Shown here: positions 1-13,014 of the stretch, piece by piece
Numbering within the stretch: the stretch's first letter is position 1
How the letters are laid out: each line of letters opens with the position of its first letter
NCBI GenBank assembly: GCA_030141605.1
Contig: JAQGDQ010001266.1
Span: 1 to 51,076, forward strand
Reading direction: 5' to 3'
Source of the DNA: Tubiluchus corallicola
Taxonomy: Eukaryota > Animalia > Priapulida
DNA length: 51,076 nt
Notes under the pieces: model-generated
Seen by the model: the letters and a program-made list of their open reading frames with translations, nothing else
What the model was told of the DNA's origin: nothing
Databases searched by the model: none
Position numbers and translations under genes: made by a program

Positions 1-104
1 CTGTTTATGTTTGTGAAATTTAAACGTTTATTATTATTATTAATATTTACTGAACAAAACACAGCGCTTGTTTTACAGCTTTTAATTTAGAATTTCTCCT
101 GTAG

Positions 105-299
105 ATGAAGACGATGTAACCGAAAACGCTGTAGATCATGTAACTAATAGTACCACGAGATATGACACTTATGATACAACCAGCAGTTTCATTTATACCT
201 TTACTACTGATGATGAAGAAAGATCGCTGGCGTGTGCAGCCGATGTTGAAGGAATACCCGACCTTGACATATCACTTATCGTCACTGTAGATGTTGTGG
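105..299 (+). CDS. Internal exon encoding the C-terminal half of an immunoglobulin-like (C2-set/CD80-like) domain
   Basis: Acceptor ttctcctgtag|, donor G|gtacgt, 195 nt, phase 1 at both ends, open: DEDDVTENAVDHVTNSTTRYDTYDTTSSFIYTFTTDDEERSLACAADVEGIPDLDISLIVTVDVV. The T-S-x-hydrophobic-x-F...DD-x3-L-x-C-x-A pattern fits Ig E/F/G strands. Confidence 0.7.
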
Positions 300-542
300 G
301 TACGTTGTGCTTTTGCTACATTCGATTTGTACTATGAAGTCAACCTGCTGTTTACAGAATCTAATAATACTAATTCTGATTCATATTATGATTTAGGAGA
401 TGTTATAGCTATTGGAAAAGTAAGTACTTATAATTACCATCATTAATTTTCGAAGACACATGTACAGTTAAGATACATAAGTGGTTGAATTAAATTAAAT
501 TAATAGACTAGTAGTAAAAGTAAAAATAAATATTAAACACTG

Positions 543-575
<33 letters not shown>

Positions 576-1143
576 CCAACAACAAGAAAAAACAATCACG
601 GATATTATTTACATACAAGAAGGCAAAGCAATTATGTTAAAAAGACTTCGCATGCTGTAACATTTCTCTCAATTGATACTTTCATAAAAAATTAAAATTT
701 CTGTTTTCAATACAATTTATACAATCCTTTGGTAAGTTTAGTGTCCCTAGCTGACTGCAACTTAACTGGCATCCTTTTAAAATTTTACGAGACAATACAT
801 GAGAATTTCTAAATACATCTTCTAGGGTTTCTATAACAATTGTGTACAAGCTGAGACCCATTATTGAGTTTACGTCATATAACGTATGTTTGGCTATAAA
901 GTTAATTGTCGAGTTACTCCCATTTTTACATGCTACATTTTTACATGAAACGGTTTTACAAAGTGCTTATTTGGCTGAGCGGTACCAGTAATATGGGACA
1001 AAATGTAAGTGTGAGATCTATACAGCAGTTTCCATAATTTACAGATAGAAAATTGACTCAGTGATAAAAAAGTTGCTGTATGTTATTAACTGTAACTATA
1101 AAACAAATATAAATACTATACAAATAAATCTACTACTATATAC

Positions 1144-1258
1144 CTTCATCCTCAGTGAGCTGTTTACACTTGGTTTTCAAGTAACGATGCAGTTCACCAT
1201 TGTGACACATTTCTATTACTAAGTAAACGTAGTTGGCATCTTCGAAATATGTGTAAAC
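1144..1258 (-). CDS. PLK4: Single exon of a Polo-like kinase 4 (PLK4/SAK) kinase domain; orphan fragment or part of a gene with long introns
   Basis: Acceptor cctgtgcag|, donor G|gtatat, 115 nt, reads [38 protein letters not shown], closely matching the PLK4 hinge region as I recall it ([28 protein letters not shown]...SENE). Confidence 0.85.
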
Positions 1259-1336
1259 CTGCACAGGTATTAAGTGATGAATAAAATCCTAATTAACTGC
1301 TACCAAAGCATTGTATAGGTACGGTATTTGTATGCA

Positions 1337-1440
1337 CAGTAAGTCCTCGCTTAACGACTCCCCGCTTAGCGACGATTCGTTTTAACGACGCTAATCATTT
1401 GACACCTTTTTTGCTTAACGTCGCACATGTTTCGTTTTAC
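1337..1440 (+). mobile_element. Truncated end of a Tigger/pogo-like (Tc1-mariner) element
   Basis: CAGTAAGTCCTCGCTTAACG followed by repeated cgcttaacg/cgttttaacg motifs; matching other end not found. Confidence 0.45.
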
Positions 1441-2010
1441 ATGCTACATAGAATTTAAGAAAACGTTTTGCAAAGTGCTTACTCGGCTGAACGAATAAGG
1501 ACTTATTAAGCTGGTGGTGGCATACTGTGTATTAGGAATTAAGAAATTAAATAAAAAAATTAAAATAAGACTAATTTCATTACATCTTATTAACAATATA
1601 CAAGTAACGTTGCTCTGTTTTTACGGTATATTTTCTTGTACAAGAATGCAATAAAATAAGAAAATGATTGTGTTTCCGTGGGTAAATGTCAAAATTATCA
1701 GCAATCTTCATTCCAGTTTTGCTCATTCACTTTGCTAATGATGAGTTATTTTATTTTAAATTCAAGTTTCGTTTAATAAAAAAATAATAAGCCTGCATGA
1801 AGCACAAGCTGATGTAGTTTTGCAAATTTTGGTGACGTAATATTGTTAATTTAACAAAATGTTGTTTTCAAACAAGCCCTTTTAACTGACCATGTCGTTC
1901 TGTCACATTTTTTGGGAATTAAACGTGTTTATTTTTTAAACGATCTATGGAGCCTTAAGTAATACTATTTGCTTAAAACATATTTGAAATAATTTCTTCC
2001 CACATTTCAG

Positions 2011-2099
2011 AACCTTTCAGTTTGGAGGATCTAGAAATGGATGAAACGTTATACGGGGTAGGAGATGGTCCTGTTTTGTTTCTACGTATTGCAATATAG
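2011..2099 (+). pseudogene. Next exon of the Ig-domain gene, apparently truncated by the palindrome
   Basis: Acceptor ttcccacatttcag|, phase 1 compatible with exon 105-299: (E)PFSLEDLEMDETLYGVGDGPVLFLRIAI*. Resembles the A/B strands of a new Ig domain but runs into palindrome sequence at ~2090 where a Cys would be expected; the stop is supplied by the palindrome arm. Confidence 0.55.
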
Positions 2100-2435
2100 A
2101 ATAACACATTGTCAGGTCACAATGTAGTCAACGAAGTTAAAGTGCCTCAAGATTCAGAATGCTAATCTGTCGGGGTATGACGTACTGTCAAGATTGCACA
2201 TAGTAAATAGTCTGCGAATGAAATACCGCTGAATATTTTCAACTAAATGAGTGATTTGGTTAGAACCATTTAGTTAGAACCATCAACAGGTTAGAACCAT
2301 TTAGCGAGAACCATTAACTTTCTTATCTGAGCCATTTGGCAATTTCTTTTAAAAGAATTTGTCTTTGTTGATGGAGTACATGACCTAGTTTCACAAAGCC
2401 GTCTTGCTAATGTAACGACGATCGTATATATTAAT

Positions 2436-2737
2436 TCTACTGCTATATATATATATATATAAGATTCGAGGCTACAGCTTTGACGACGGCACCATTTGCG
2501 GCGATCTATATATCAAACGAAAGGTCTCGATCTAGTGTCGTGCCATTGGGGGTTTATTTTTCGAATCGGGCCCACCGCGAGGGACGGGGGGGGGGGGCGA
2601 AAAACCTCCAAAAATGGCCATTTTTCGGCCGTTTTTTGCAAAACTTATACTTTTACAAAAACACTAGGTAGAACGTTCGCGTTATTTTTGATTATAAGTG
2701 CATTTATACGCAGAATTTTTTGCGGGGCCTTTGCTAG
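2436..2737 (+). mobile_element. Non-autonomous Helitron-like element (mirror copy ~6462-6764 on -)
   Basis: Starts TCTACTGCTATATATA..., ends with hairpin cgcagaattttttgcg, short spacer and CTAG followed by T; no TIR or TSD. Confidence 0.6.
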
Positions 2738-3030
2738 TCGTTATTAATAGTGAAGTGAATGTAATAGTGACGTCGCTAAGTTAAGGAAGTCGTTATTAAT
2801 AGTGACGTGAATGTAATAACGATCTCGCTAATGTAACGACTATCGTTATTAATAGTGAAGTGAACGTAATAACGACGTCGCTAAGTTAAGGAAGTCGTTA
2901 TTAATAGTGAAGTGAATGTAATGACGACGTCGCTAAGTTAACGATGTCGTTATTAATAGTGAAGTGAATGTTATAACGACGTCACTAAGTTAAGGAAGTC
3001 GTTATTAATAGTGAAGTGAATGTAATAAGT
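2738..3030. repeat. ~52 bp minisatellite, ~5.5 copies (mirror ~6170-6461)
   Basis: Unit tcgttattaatagtgaagtgaatgtaataacgacgtcgctaagttaaggaag recurring about every 52 nt. Confidence 0.9.
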
Positions 3031-3639
3031 CTACTAAGTCGCTAACTGAGTGGCGGCTTTGTGAAGGGGATGCTAGGTAAAACTTTGAGCGTTTTTGCAC
3101 TTTATGCGTTATCGCGTATCTAGCTGCGGAATAGCTGTGCATTAAAATCCGCACGAAATACGTGGCGAAAAAGTAACGCAACAACGCAGGTGTGACATAA
3201 GCGGGGTTCAGTGAAAGCAACATAACATGATTCTCACGCAGTAAGGTATAACGCATAACGCACTTCTGATACGCATCTCGTAAACAACGCTTTTGAACGA
3301 AAATATAGGTTTGTGACGTCAGCAAATATTATCCGCGCTTCTGTTTCTTACATAAAAGCAGCTTAGCAAGGTATTGCAAAGCAGACTTAATAAATTTCTT
3401 ATATGTCTTGGCAATTGCTGATTGAACGATAAACGTAATAAGATTATAGTATTAACCTTCGTAAAATCATGATACACTTTCCAAATGTTATTTTATATTG
3501 AATAAATCCAAAAGTACTCGGCTTGAGCCAACATTAATTGTCTTTATTTTAAAAACGCGTGAACTTTATAAGAAAATCTAATTACGTTTTTCCCTAAAAT
3601 CACAAAAGTACTGCTAAAACAGTCAGTTGACATACTTAT

Positions 3640-4225
3640 TTATAAGATGACTAGCTACCAAAGTGTTTGTGGCTTGTTAGAAAAGGGCTAGATAATTTAG
3701 CTGCAGGTCGGCACGTGTTAGTTACAGTTGGTTTCATATACCAGACCTAAAACTCCTGTTGATATGAGAAAATGTAGTTTATGTAAGAATGGGAGCACGG
3801 ATGATGAATTTCACATGAATATGCAATGCAATGCTTATTGTCAAGAAATGACAGTGCGTTCTTAAGTCAAATATTAGGTATTTTTCCATATTTCCCATCC
3901 ATGTGTGATATTGATAAGTTTATAGTTTTAAACAAAAGAAGTGGAGATGTGGAAATTAAGAAATTGTTGATCAACTATGTGCATAAAATTTCAACATCAC
4001 CTGATTCTAAATTAAGAGGTACGAACTAATTTTGATAAGAATTAATGTATTCAATCAGCAGAGTGATATATATGTAGATGTGTTTGTTATAAATTATGGT
4101 ATTTTTTAATCAACTTCGCTTAAAAAGAGTCCTGTATTTGTAGAGACATGTTCCTCTATGCGTTGTTTATTTGAGTGTGTGATTTGCTAATTGTACGCGT
4201 GTTTATGTTTGTAAAACAAAGTGTT

Positions 4226-4230
<5 letters not shown>
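3640..4230 (+). mobile_element. Degenerate 3' end of a non-LTR retrotransposon (C-terminal CCHC finger) with microsatellite tail; mirror ~4970-5560
   Basis: Reads RPKTPVDMRKCSLCKNGSTDDEFHMNMQCNAY (R-x-C-x2-C...DE-x-H-x4-C-x2-Y, typical of LINE ORF2 C-termini), frameshifted, followed by a UTR-like stretch and a (TTATCA)n/(ATC)n tail. Confidence 0.7.
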
Positions 4231-4471
<241 letters not shown>

Positions 4472-4647
4472 GCATCATACAGGTAGTAGCAGTGCTAGGT
4501 TACCCTATAGGCTAGTATAGGATGCAGCCTAGGGTCCCTGAAGTCTCATAGAACTTGCTACAGTAAGGTTGTTGTGGATGAAGCTTTGCTATATGTCATT
4601 AATTCATTTCATGTAGACAATCATAGTGGTTAACTACTGCATTAACA

Positions 4648-4975
<328 letters not shown>

Positions 4976-6944
4976 AAACACTTTGTTTTACAAACATAAA
5001 CACGCGTACAATTAGCAAATCACACACTCAAATAAACAACGCATAGAGGAACATGTCTCTACAAATACAGGACTCTTTTTAAGCGAAGTTGATTAAAAAA
5101 TACCATAATTTATAACAAACACATCTACATATATATCACAGTGCTGATTGAATACATTAATTCTTATCAAAATTAATTCGTACCTCTTAATTTAGAATCA
5201 CGTTTTGTTGAAATTTTATACACATAGTTAATCAACAATTTCTTAACTTCCACATCTCCACTTTTGTTTAAAACTATAAACTCATCAATATCACACTTGA
5301 ATGGGAATTCTGGAAAAATATCTGATATTTGACTTAAGAACGCAGGGTCATTTCTTGACAATAAGCATTGCATTGCATATTCATGTGAAATTCATCATCC
5401 GTGCTCCCATTCTTACGTAAACTACATTTTCTCATATCAACAGGAGTTTTAGGTCTGGTATATGAAACCAACTGTAACTAACACGTGCCGACCTGCAGCT
5501 AAATTATCTAGCCCTTTTCTAACAAGCCACAAACACTTTGGTAGCTAGTCATCTTATAAATAAGTATGTCAACTGACTGTTTTAGCAGTACTTTTGTGAT
5601 TTTAGGGAAAAACGTAATTAGATTTTCTTATAAAGTTCACGCGTTTTTAAAATAAAGACAATTAATGTTGGCTCAAGCCGAGTACTTTTGGATTTATTCA
5701 ATATAAAATAACATTTGGAAAGTGTATCATGATTTTACGAAGGTTAATACTATAATCTTATTACGTTTATCGTTCAATCAGCAATTGCCAAGACATATAA
5801 GAAATTTATTAAGTCTGCTTTGCAATACCTTGCTAAGCTGCTTTTATGTAAGAAACAGAAGCGCGGATAATATTTGCTGACGTCACAAACCTATATTTTC
5901 GTTCAAAAGCGTTGTTTACGAGATGCGTATCAGAAGTGCGTTATGCGTTATACCTTACTGCGTGAGAATCATGTTATGTTGCTTTCACTGAACCCCGCTT
6001 ATGTCACACCTGCGTTGTTGCGTTACTTTTTCGCCACGTATTTCGTGCGGATTTTAATGCACAGCTATTCCGCAGCTAGATACGCGATAACGCATAAAGT
6101 GCAAAAACGCTCAAAGTTTTACCTAGCATCCCCTTCACAAAGCCGCCACTGAGTTAGCGACTTAGTAGACTTATTACATTCACTTCACTATTAATAACGA
6201 CTTCCTTAACTTAGTGACGTCGTTATTACGTTCACTTCACTATTAATAACGACATCGTTAACTTAGCGACGTCATCACTACATTCACTTCACTATTAATA
6301 ACGACTTCCTTAACTTAGCGACGTCGTTATTACGTTCACTTCACTATTAATAACGATAGTCGTTACATTAGCGAGATCGTTATTACATTCACGTCACTAT
6401 TAATAACGACTTCCTTAACTTAGCGACGTCACTATTACATTCACTTCACTATTAATAACGACTAGCAAAGGCCCCGCAAAAAATTCTGCGTATAAATGCA
6501 CTTATAATCAAAAATAACGCGAACGTTCTACCTAGTGTTTTTGTAAAAGTATAAGTTTTGCAAAAAACGGCCGAAAAATGGCCATTTTTGGAGGTTTTCG
6601 CCGCCCCCCCCCCCCGTTCCGCGCGGTGGGCCCGATTCGAAAAATAAACCCCCAATGGCACGACACTAGATCGAGACCTTTCGTTTGATATATAGATCGC
6701 CGCAAATGGTGCCGTCGTCAAAGCTGTAGCCTCGAATCTTATATATATATATATATAGCAGTAGAATTAATATATACGATCGTCGTTACATTAGCAAGAC
6801 GGCTTTGTGAAACTAGGTCATGTACTCCATCAACAAAGACAAATTCTTTTAAAAGAAATTGCCAAATGGCTCAGATAAGAAAGTTAATGGTTCTCGCTAA
6901 ATGGTTCTAACCTGTTGATGGTTCTAACTAAATGGTTCTAACCA

Positions 6945-7351
6945 AATCACTCATTTAGTTGAAAATATTCAGCGGTATTTCACTCGTAGACTATTTACTA
7001 TGTGCAATCTTGACAGTATGTCATACCACGACCGATTAGCATTTAAATCTTGAGGCACTTTAACTTCATCTGATACATTGTGACCTGACAATGTGTTATT
7101 CTATATTACATGGAGATAGCGCTATAGACAAAGATGTATTTTTTAGCAAAACCCCTTCATCTAACGTAACCAGGAGTCACCGCTTGAAGTTACAGTCCTC
7201 TCACTGCCGACTTTATAGTTTTAAAAACTTTTTCTCAAACAGAATAATTAGAATCTGGAATCAACTCCCTGAGTCTGTCGGTGGTGCCCCCTTGGTCTGT
7301 GCTCAGAGTAGCAAACTTTTCAAAAAAACGTTTAAAAGATGTAAATCTTAA
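6945..7351 (+). mobile_element. Degenerate 3' fragment of a CR1/L2-group LINE ORF2
   Basis: LVENIQRYFTRRLF...MSYHDRL...DLTMCYSILHG...TRSHRLKL...FFSNRIIRIWNQLPESV, matching CR1/L2 C-terminal motifs; the left palindrome arm mirrors it only up to 7110. Confidence 0.85.
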
Positions 7352-7704
7352 TAATCATTTATTTTTTAATAGGCATCTGTAAGTATCTTGGCTCTTTGTG
7401 TTTTTAACGTAATCTCTTAACTAGCCGTTTGTATCTGCAAAAATTATATCTGCGCTGTATATACGTTTCATTCTTTCTACTTTTTTGTTAATATTTTTAA
7501 TAAAAATTACGTATTACCTATTAAACAAAATTAAGTTCACTACAAAAAAAATTATATAGATTCCGCCTAATTAATTCCATTCGGTGCACATTAAGTTTAG
7601 ATACGTAAATATACATACGTAGCAAATTACAACATTTCAGATTTACAAATTGACTGACGTTCAGCTAACACGATGCATTTTTGACTGACAGCCTAACTGA
7701 CTGT

Positions 7705-8098
7705 CAATAAGATTAAAAATACGTTTTTGGCTAGTGAGTGGATCAACCTGGAGGGTGAGTCAGCGACATTTTACGAATTGGCACAAACATTTTAAATGAT
7801 TAGTCTAGTTACATAAGTGTTTCCAGCAGGTAAGTGAAATGCTAAGTAATATAGATTTGCATGGAAAGTTTTTTGAGACATAATTTAACATTTCCTTTTC
7901 TTCCCCTGATTTACGTTTGGTACATGACGTCATGTAATGGCGCCGTCGGAACACTATTGTGGGAGATTTGAAATGAAAACAAAAGAAAATTCCTTTCAAT
8001 ACGAATACGATATGTGCATAAAATTGCTGTAAAGTAGTATAATTTTTAAGGCGATTTTTCTGAAACCTACTTCAGGTGCCCCTTTTCTTATCCTTTAA
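7705..8098 (-). mobile_element. Truncated copy of MITE family A (Kolobok-like)
   Basis: Reverse complement of ~8116-8510; ends ...ttttcttatcctTTAA. Confidence 0.85.
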
Positions 8099-8115
8099 GT
8101 ATTAAAAATACGTGT

Positions 8116-8790
8116 TTAAAGGACAAGAAAAGGGGTACCTGAAGTAGGTTTCAGAAAAATCGCCTTAAAAATTATATTACTTTATAGCAATTTTATGCGT
8201 ATATCATACTCGCACTGAAAGGAATTTTTGTTTGTTTTCATTTTAAATCTCCCGCAATACTGTTCCGAAGTCGCCATTACATGACGTCATGTACCAAACG
8301 TAAATCAAGGGAAGGAAATGTTAAACTGTGTCTCAAAAGACTTTCCTTGCAAATCTATATTACTTAGATTTTTGCTTACCTGCTTGAAAATCTTATGTAA
8401 CTAAAAAAGAAAATTTTTAATTATTTAAAATATTTTCACCAATTGGTAAAATGTCGCTGATTCACCCTCCAGGGTGCACCACCCACTAACCAAAAACGTA
8501 TTTTAATCTTATTCACAAGATACAGTAATTTAAAATTTTACTCGCTTAGTGACGTGTGTGCTACGAATGTTCTGATTATTTTTTCAAACTTTACAAAATG
8601 TTATTTTCAAATGACCTGTCGTCAAAATGGCTGCGTCTAACGGTCATCGCGGGAGTTTAAATTTACATGTTTTATACAGCGTGACTGCCGATTGAAGTCC
8701 TGTATGTAAAAAGGCTGTATGTAAGTGGTATAAAATCTCAAGACGAATTTTTTAAGCTTTACGTTTATGAAGGGTTTTCTTGTGCTTTAA
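8116..8790 (+). mobile_element. Full-length MITE family A (Kolobok-like, TTAA-flanked)
   Basis: TTAA-aggacaagaaaa ... ttttcttgtgct-TTAA; TTAA target with AG..CT termini fits Kolobok; further copies elsewhere in the window. Confidence 0.85.
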
Positions 8791-8802
8791 GTATTTTAAT
8801 AA

Positions 8803-8968
8803 AAGTATTAAAAATATGTATTAAGTATTAAAAATATGTATTAAGTATCAAAATATGTATTAAGTATTAAAAATATGTATTAAGTATTAAAATATGTATT
8901 AAGTATTAAAATATGTATTAAGTATTAAAATATGTATTAAGTATCAAAATATGTATTAAGTATCAAAT
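8803..8968. repeat. 19-20 bp AT-rich tandem repeat just inside the ILP intron
   Basis: Unit aagtattaaaa(a)tatgtatt, about 8 copies. Confidence 0.9.
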
Positions 8969-8985
8969 ACATATGAAGTACTTAC

Positions 8986-9151
8986 GCGATCGCTTTGAGG
9001 ATGTTTCCCAGTTGTACCCTCGACCCATACAGACGATAGAGAGGGCACTAATGAGTTTCTTCCCACAAAGCTTCCTACCGCTTCTCGACTCCGCCGTAAC
9101 CATGATCAAAGTCAACAGGAAAAATCCCAGAGTTTTTGTAACTCGTTTCAT
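8986..9151 (-). CDS. Insulin/IGF-like peptide, first coding exon (signal peptide, B chain, start of C peptide)
   Basis: MKRVTKTLGFFLLTLIMVTAES-RSGRKLCGKKLISALSIVCMGRGYNWETSSKRS: LCG-x2-L-x3-L-x2-VC-x-GRG B-chain pattern and KR site. Phase-1 donor C|gtaagt as in insulin-family genes; acceptor tttacag| places the exon start at 9182, implying an upstream UTR exon. Confidence 0.9.
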
Positions 9152-9589
9152 CACTGTAGAAATTCTAGCAGAATCCGGGTGCCTGTAAATTTGTTTACTG
9201 AGAGTAAAACTAGAAAATCCGGCACTCTGTGGTGAGAGAGAGAGAGAGTCAATCGTTTCGCATCGACTGTTTGTTACGAAAATTTAGTCAAAATGGAACT
9301 CATACAAAACAGTCTTCGTGCTCTTTCATTGTTTAATTTTGTTTTTAAAGTAGAAGTGATCTGTATTACGACATGTTCTTTCTTGTTAGGAGAACGCTTA
9401 TTCGATGTCTCATAGCAGCAAAAGACATTTCAATCTTCATACAGGCGCCTCGTCAGCTGCAAGCACAACTGCGCATGATCAGAACTGCATTAGTTGAATC
9501 GACCGTTATTAACACCTGTTCAGCCGTGAAAGTGATTAAAACTTATTGCACTTATTACACAGTATGGTACGTAGGTGTGTGAACACAGG

Positions 9590-10283
9590 CTTATTTCAAC
9601 GCTCACGAAAAATGTTAGGAGGATTTAGTAATAATAGTGTGATAAGCAGCTCGTGTAATTAGTAAAATCACTTTAAAGTCGCGATCACTTCATGCTTTGA
9701 TGCTCCCATTTTGAACATCAATTCTTCCACCAATGACGTCATACATCAGCAGAAGGGAAAAACAACATAAATATGAGCTTTTGTAAAAAAATCAGATAGC
9801 TAATTTTATGATATTTTTCTTAAATATACGTAAATTGCACAAATTTGAATTTAGTTGAAGCGCGCGCTTACGGAAAGCCACGACGCGCTTACGGAAAGCC
9901 ACGACGTGCTTACGGAAAGCCACGACGTGCTTACGAACAGCTACCCAATAAACATTGACTTTATGGGACAGTTCTGGCTTTATTACGGCTCGTTCTGGCA
10001 AAGCTGGCATAAAGGCAAACCTTAATTGGACCAATAATGCTTCCTAACCATAATATCGTTAACATTGCCAGCCCAGTACATGGCTTTTGTATACACGAAG
10101 TCCACCAGTTAAAGTCATAATTTTCAAGTGAATAGCCTCTACGGTCACGGCTCAAAATTGTATAATCTAACTTAATGCTTCATAAACAGTTTTTTTTTGC
10201 AAATTTGTTTGTTATATTTTTAAGGTTATTTTTAACAGTAAAATAAACCCAACATTCCCATTTGACTTGTCCTTTCCTTCAAA
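9590..10283 (-). mobile_element. Diverged copy of MITE family C
   Basis: Shares cttacggaaagccacgacgcg (here a 22 bp unit x3), ttcttccaccaatgacgtc and the terminal gacttgtcctttcct with the reverse complement of 13670-14182. Confidence 0.6.
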
Positions 10284-10876
10284 GTATGAGAAATGGGGTA
10301 CCTGAAGTAGGTTTCAGAAAAATCTCCATAAAAATTATATTACTTTACAACAATTTTGTGCGTATATCGTACTCGCGTTAAAAGGAATTTTTGTTTGTTT
10401 TTATTTTAAATCTTCCGCAACACTGTTCCGAAATCGCCATTACATGACGTCACCTACGCAAACGTAATTCAAGGGAAGAAAAGGCAATGTTAAATTATGT
10501 CCTTAAAAAAACTTTCCACGCAAATCTATATTACTTAGCATTTCGCTTACCTGTTGGAAACAGTTATGTAACTAGAAATAATAATTTAAAATTTTTCATG
10601 CTAATCGGTAAAATGTCGCTGGCTCACTCTCCAGAGTGCGCTACGAATGCTCTGATTATTTTTCAAACTTTACTCAGTGTTGTCTAAACTTGTTTCAAAT
10701 GACCTACCATCAAAATGGCTGCGCCTAACCGTCATCGAGGGAGTTTAAATTTACAAGTTTTATACATCATTACTGCCGACCCAAGCTCTGCATGCAAGAA
10801 GGCGGTACGTTAATCTTATAAAATTTCAAGCTAATTTTGTAAGCTTTATGTAAGTGGAGGGTTTTCTTGTACTTTA
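10284..10876 (+). mobile_element. MITE family A copy
   Basis: ggggtacctgaagtaggtttcagaaaa ... gttttcttgtacttta, colinear with 8116-8790 with an internal deletion. Confidence 0.85.
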
Positions 10877-11240
10877 TGACCAGAGTTTGAAAAGTGCCAT
10901 CAAAATAATAGACAAATAGCTTTAGATCAACATAGAAAAAACGTTTTTTTATTATTCTTAGTTTTTTTTTGATTTTCTTCTGTCTCTTTGCAAACTGATC
11001 TAACTTTAATAGACAATAAATTCTTCTCTGAGTGGGAAACACAAATTGACATTAAATTGTCATTCCAGAAATGAAAGAATAATTTATGTTTAATGAAAAC
11101 TTCAACAAAACTTGATGTTACAAGATAAAAGCAAAGAAATTAGCTTCAAACACGAAACGCACGTTTCAAATATCAATCTAATGTTTGTGTCTTGAAACTT
11201 TGAGGGTAATCACAGTGTATAGGCTGCAGGGAAGGATTCA

Positions 11241-12010
11241 TTAAAGGAAAACAGGATGATCTTTCATATACCAGCCCATTTTAACCCAATTAATACTGCA
11301 AAAGCGTTTCTGATAATTAAATTATAGATTAAAAACTTAATTAACGGCGGCCGAGCCCAACTGTTGATGACATCACAAACTAACATGATTTTCAACAGCG
11401 AAAATATTCCACGAGCGCGTTGCACGTGTTCGCGAAAATTGAAGTACTTTGCTACTGTAAGTTATTCAGTGTGTTGTACTAAAACTAGGCATGTTTTAAG
11501 ATAAAAACTCAAATTTCAAATTCACCGCTGTGCTCACGTTTGGGCTGTCGAACAAGTGTAGTTCGTCACAAACTAATACATCAGAACTTAGCGATACAGC
11601 ACGTGTTTTTTGTCCTACGCTTTCCAAAATGATGGCGCTAGTGCCTGCTGTTCCAGTCCTATCGTAATTTTAACATTCCGTAAAGAATTATTTATTATTT
11701 TAATTAATTCATGAGTTAAAAAAACTGCAAATTTAAATGGCTTTATGTTTAATTTTTGCTTATTAGTAGTCTGCATATCTTACAATAGCACTGTACTTCA
11801 ATTTTCACTTTCGCAAACACGTGCAACATGCTCATGGCATATTTTCGCTGATAAATATTATGTTCGTTTGTGACGTCATCAATAGTTGGGCTCGCCTGCG
11901 GTTAATTAAGTTTTTAATCTGTAATTTAATTATCAGAAACGCTTTTGCAGTGTTAATTGTGTTAAAATATATGCTTTGTACTGTAGTTGAAAATGGGGTG
12001 GTATATTCCT
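11241..12010. mobile_element. Two partial MITE family B copies in opposite orientation (11241-~11660 +, ~11770-12010 -)
   Basis: TTAAaggaaaacaggatgat start; both parts align by eye to 21151-21775. Confidence 0.8.
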
Positions 12011-12569
12011 CGTTTACGTGATTTGTCCACCACAAACTTTGACTGGTATGATGCCTTTTCTATGAGCAATTTATCTCTCAATTACACGATCTACAGTAGA
12101 AACGAAAGTTTTTGTTTTGTCGTTGGTATTTAGACTCATGTGTGTTTTACCCATTACGAGCATTCTTGTTAAACCTCTCAAAGCTAAAGCATTCAGTGCC
12201 TGTCAGTACTTCAATAAGACTAAGTGTAAAAACAACCCACCTGTAATTAATTTCTACCTGTATTGACTGCTTACACACCCCATACACGTGTAATTGCTTT
12301 AATTATGAGGCGTAAATGGCACCTTTGGGGAAAGACCTTTACAGCCGGATGCTGTTAGCCAGGTTAATCTTACATAATGCATTATTTGCTCATTAAATTG
12401 TTTTGATTCACATCCACTCTGAACATGTATAATCAATCAATTTTCGTCAATAATATAAGCTACATTCGTCTTTTTAGCTGAGCTAGAATGATTTTGTCGT
12501 GCAAACAGCGTAAATTATTCGTTATAGAGTGAAATCCGCATCGATGCACTTGCAATTGCCAAGAATAAG

Positions 12570-12920
12570 TTTGATGATGATCGTGAAAAGGTCAAAGGTT
12601 AAGTGTACTAGACAACGCATTTGTGTACATTTGACACCACCTGGCAGCCTAAGCTATTGTAATAGTAACAATTTTAACAGCTAGCTAGAACCTTACCTAG
12701 TTTATTTTTTCTTGTTCCCAAGCAAGATCCTGCTAGTAAATCACTCTCCGCACAGACTAATACATAACTAAATAAAGTCCACGTAAAACAACTGAAGTTA
12801 CTGAACTGATGTGGCAGACAGTTTTGATTTACATGCATGTCACGTGCGGTTGTTATTAAGACCCGTTGCTGTTGTACACTTAACCTTTGACCTATAGCAA
12901 CTGCGCATGCGCACAACAAA
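12570..12920. repeat. Dispersed repeat family D (reverse copies at ~30120-30465 and partial ~16865-17060)
   Basis: gatgatgatcgtgaaaaggtcaa...agacaacgcatttgt...gctagaaccttacctag...gcaactgcgcatgcgcacaac matches the reverse complement of 30120-30465. Confidence 0.8.
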
Positions 12921-13014
12921 AAGGCATATTCGAATGAAACGAATGGAAGAAATACAGCTGAAGTTGCAATTAGTAAGAATCACATGACTTTTACGCATTG
13001 ACTTCATTAATTAT

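Noticed and set aside
3005-3325. 106-aa ORF duplicated in both arms as a palindrome-protected gene
   Set aside because: Non-ATG start, no recognisable motif or splice signals, and the right copy stops earlier.
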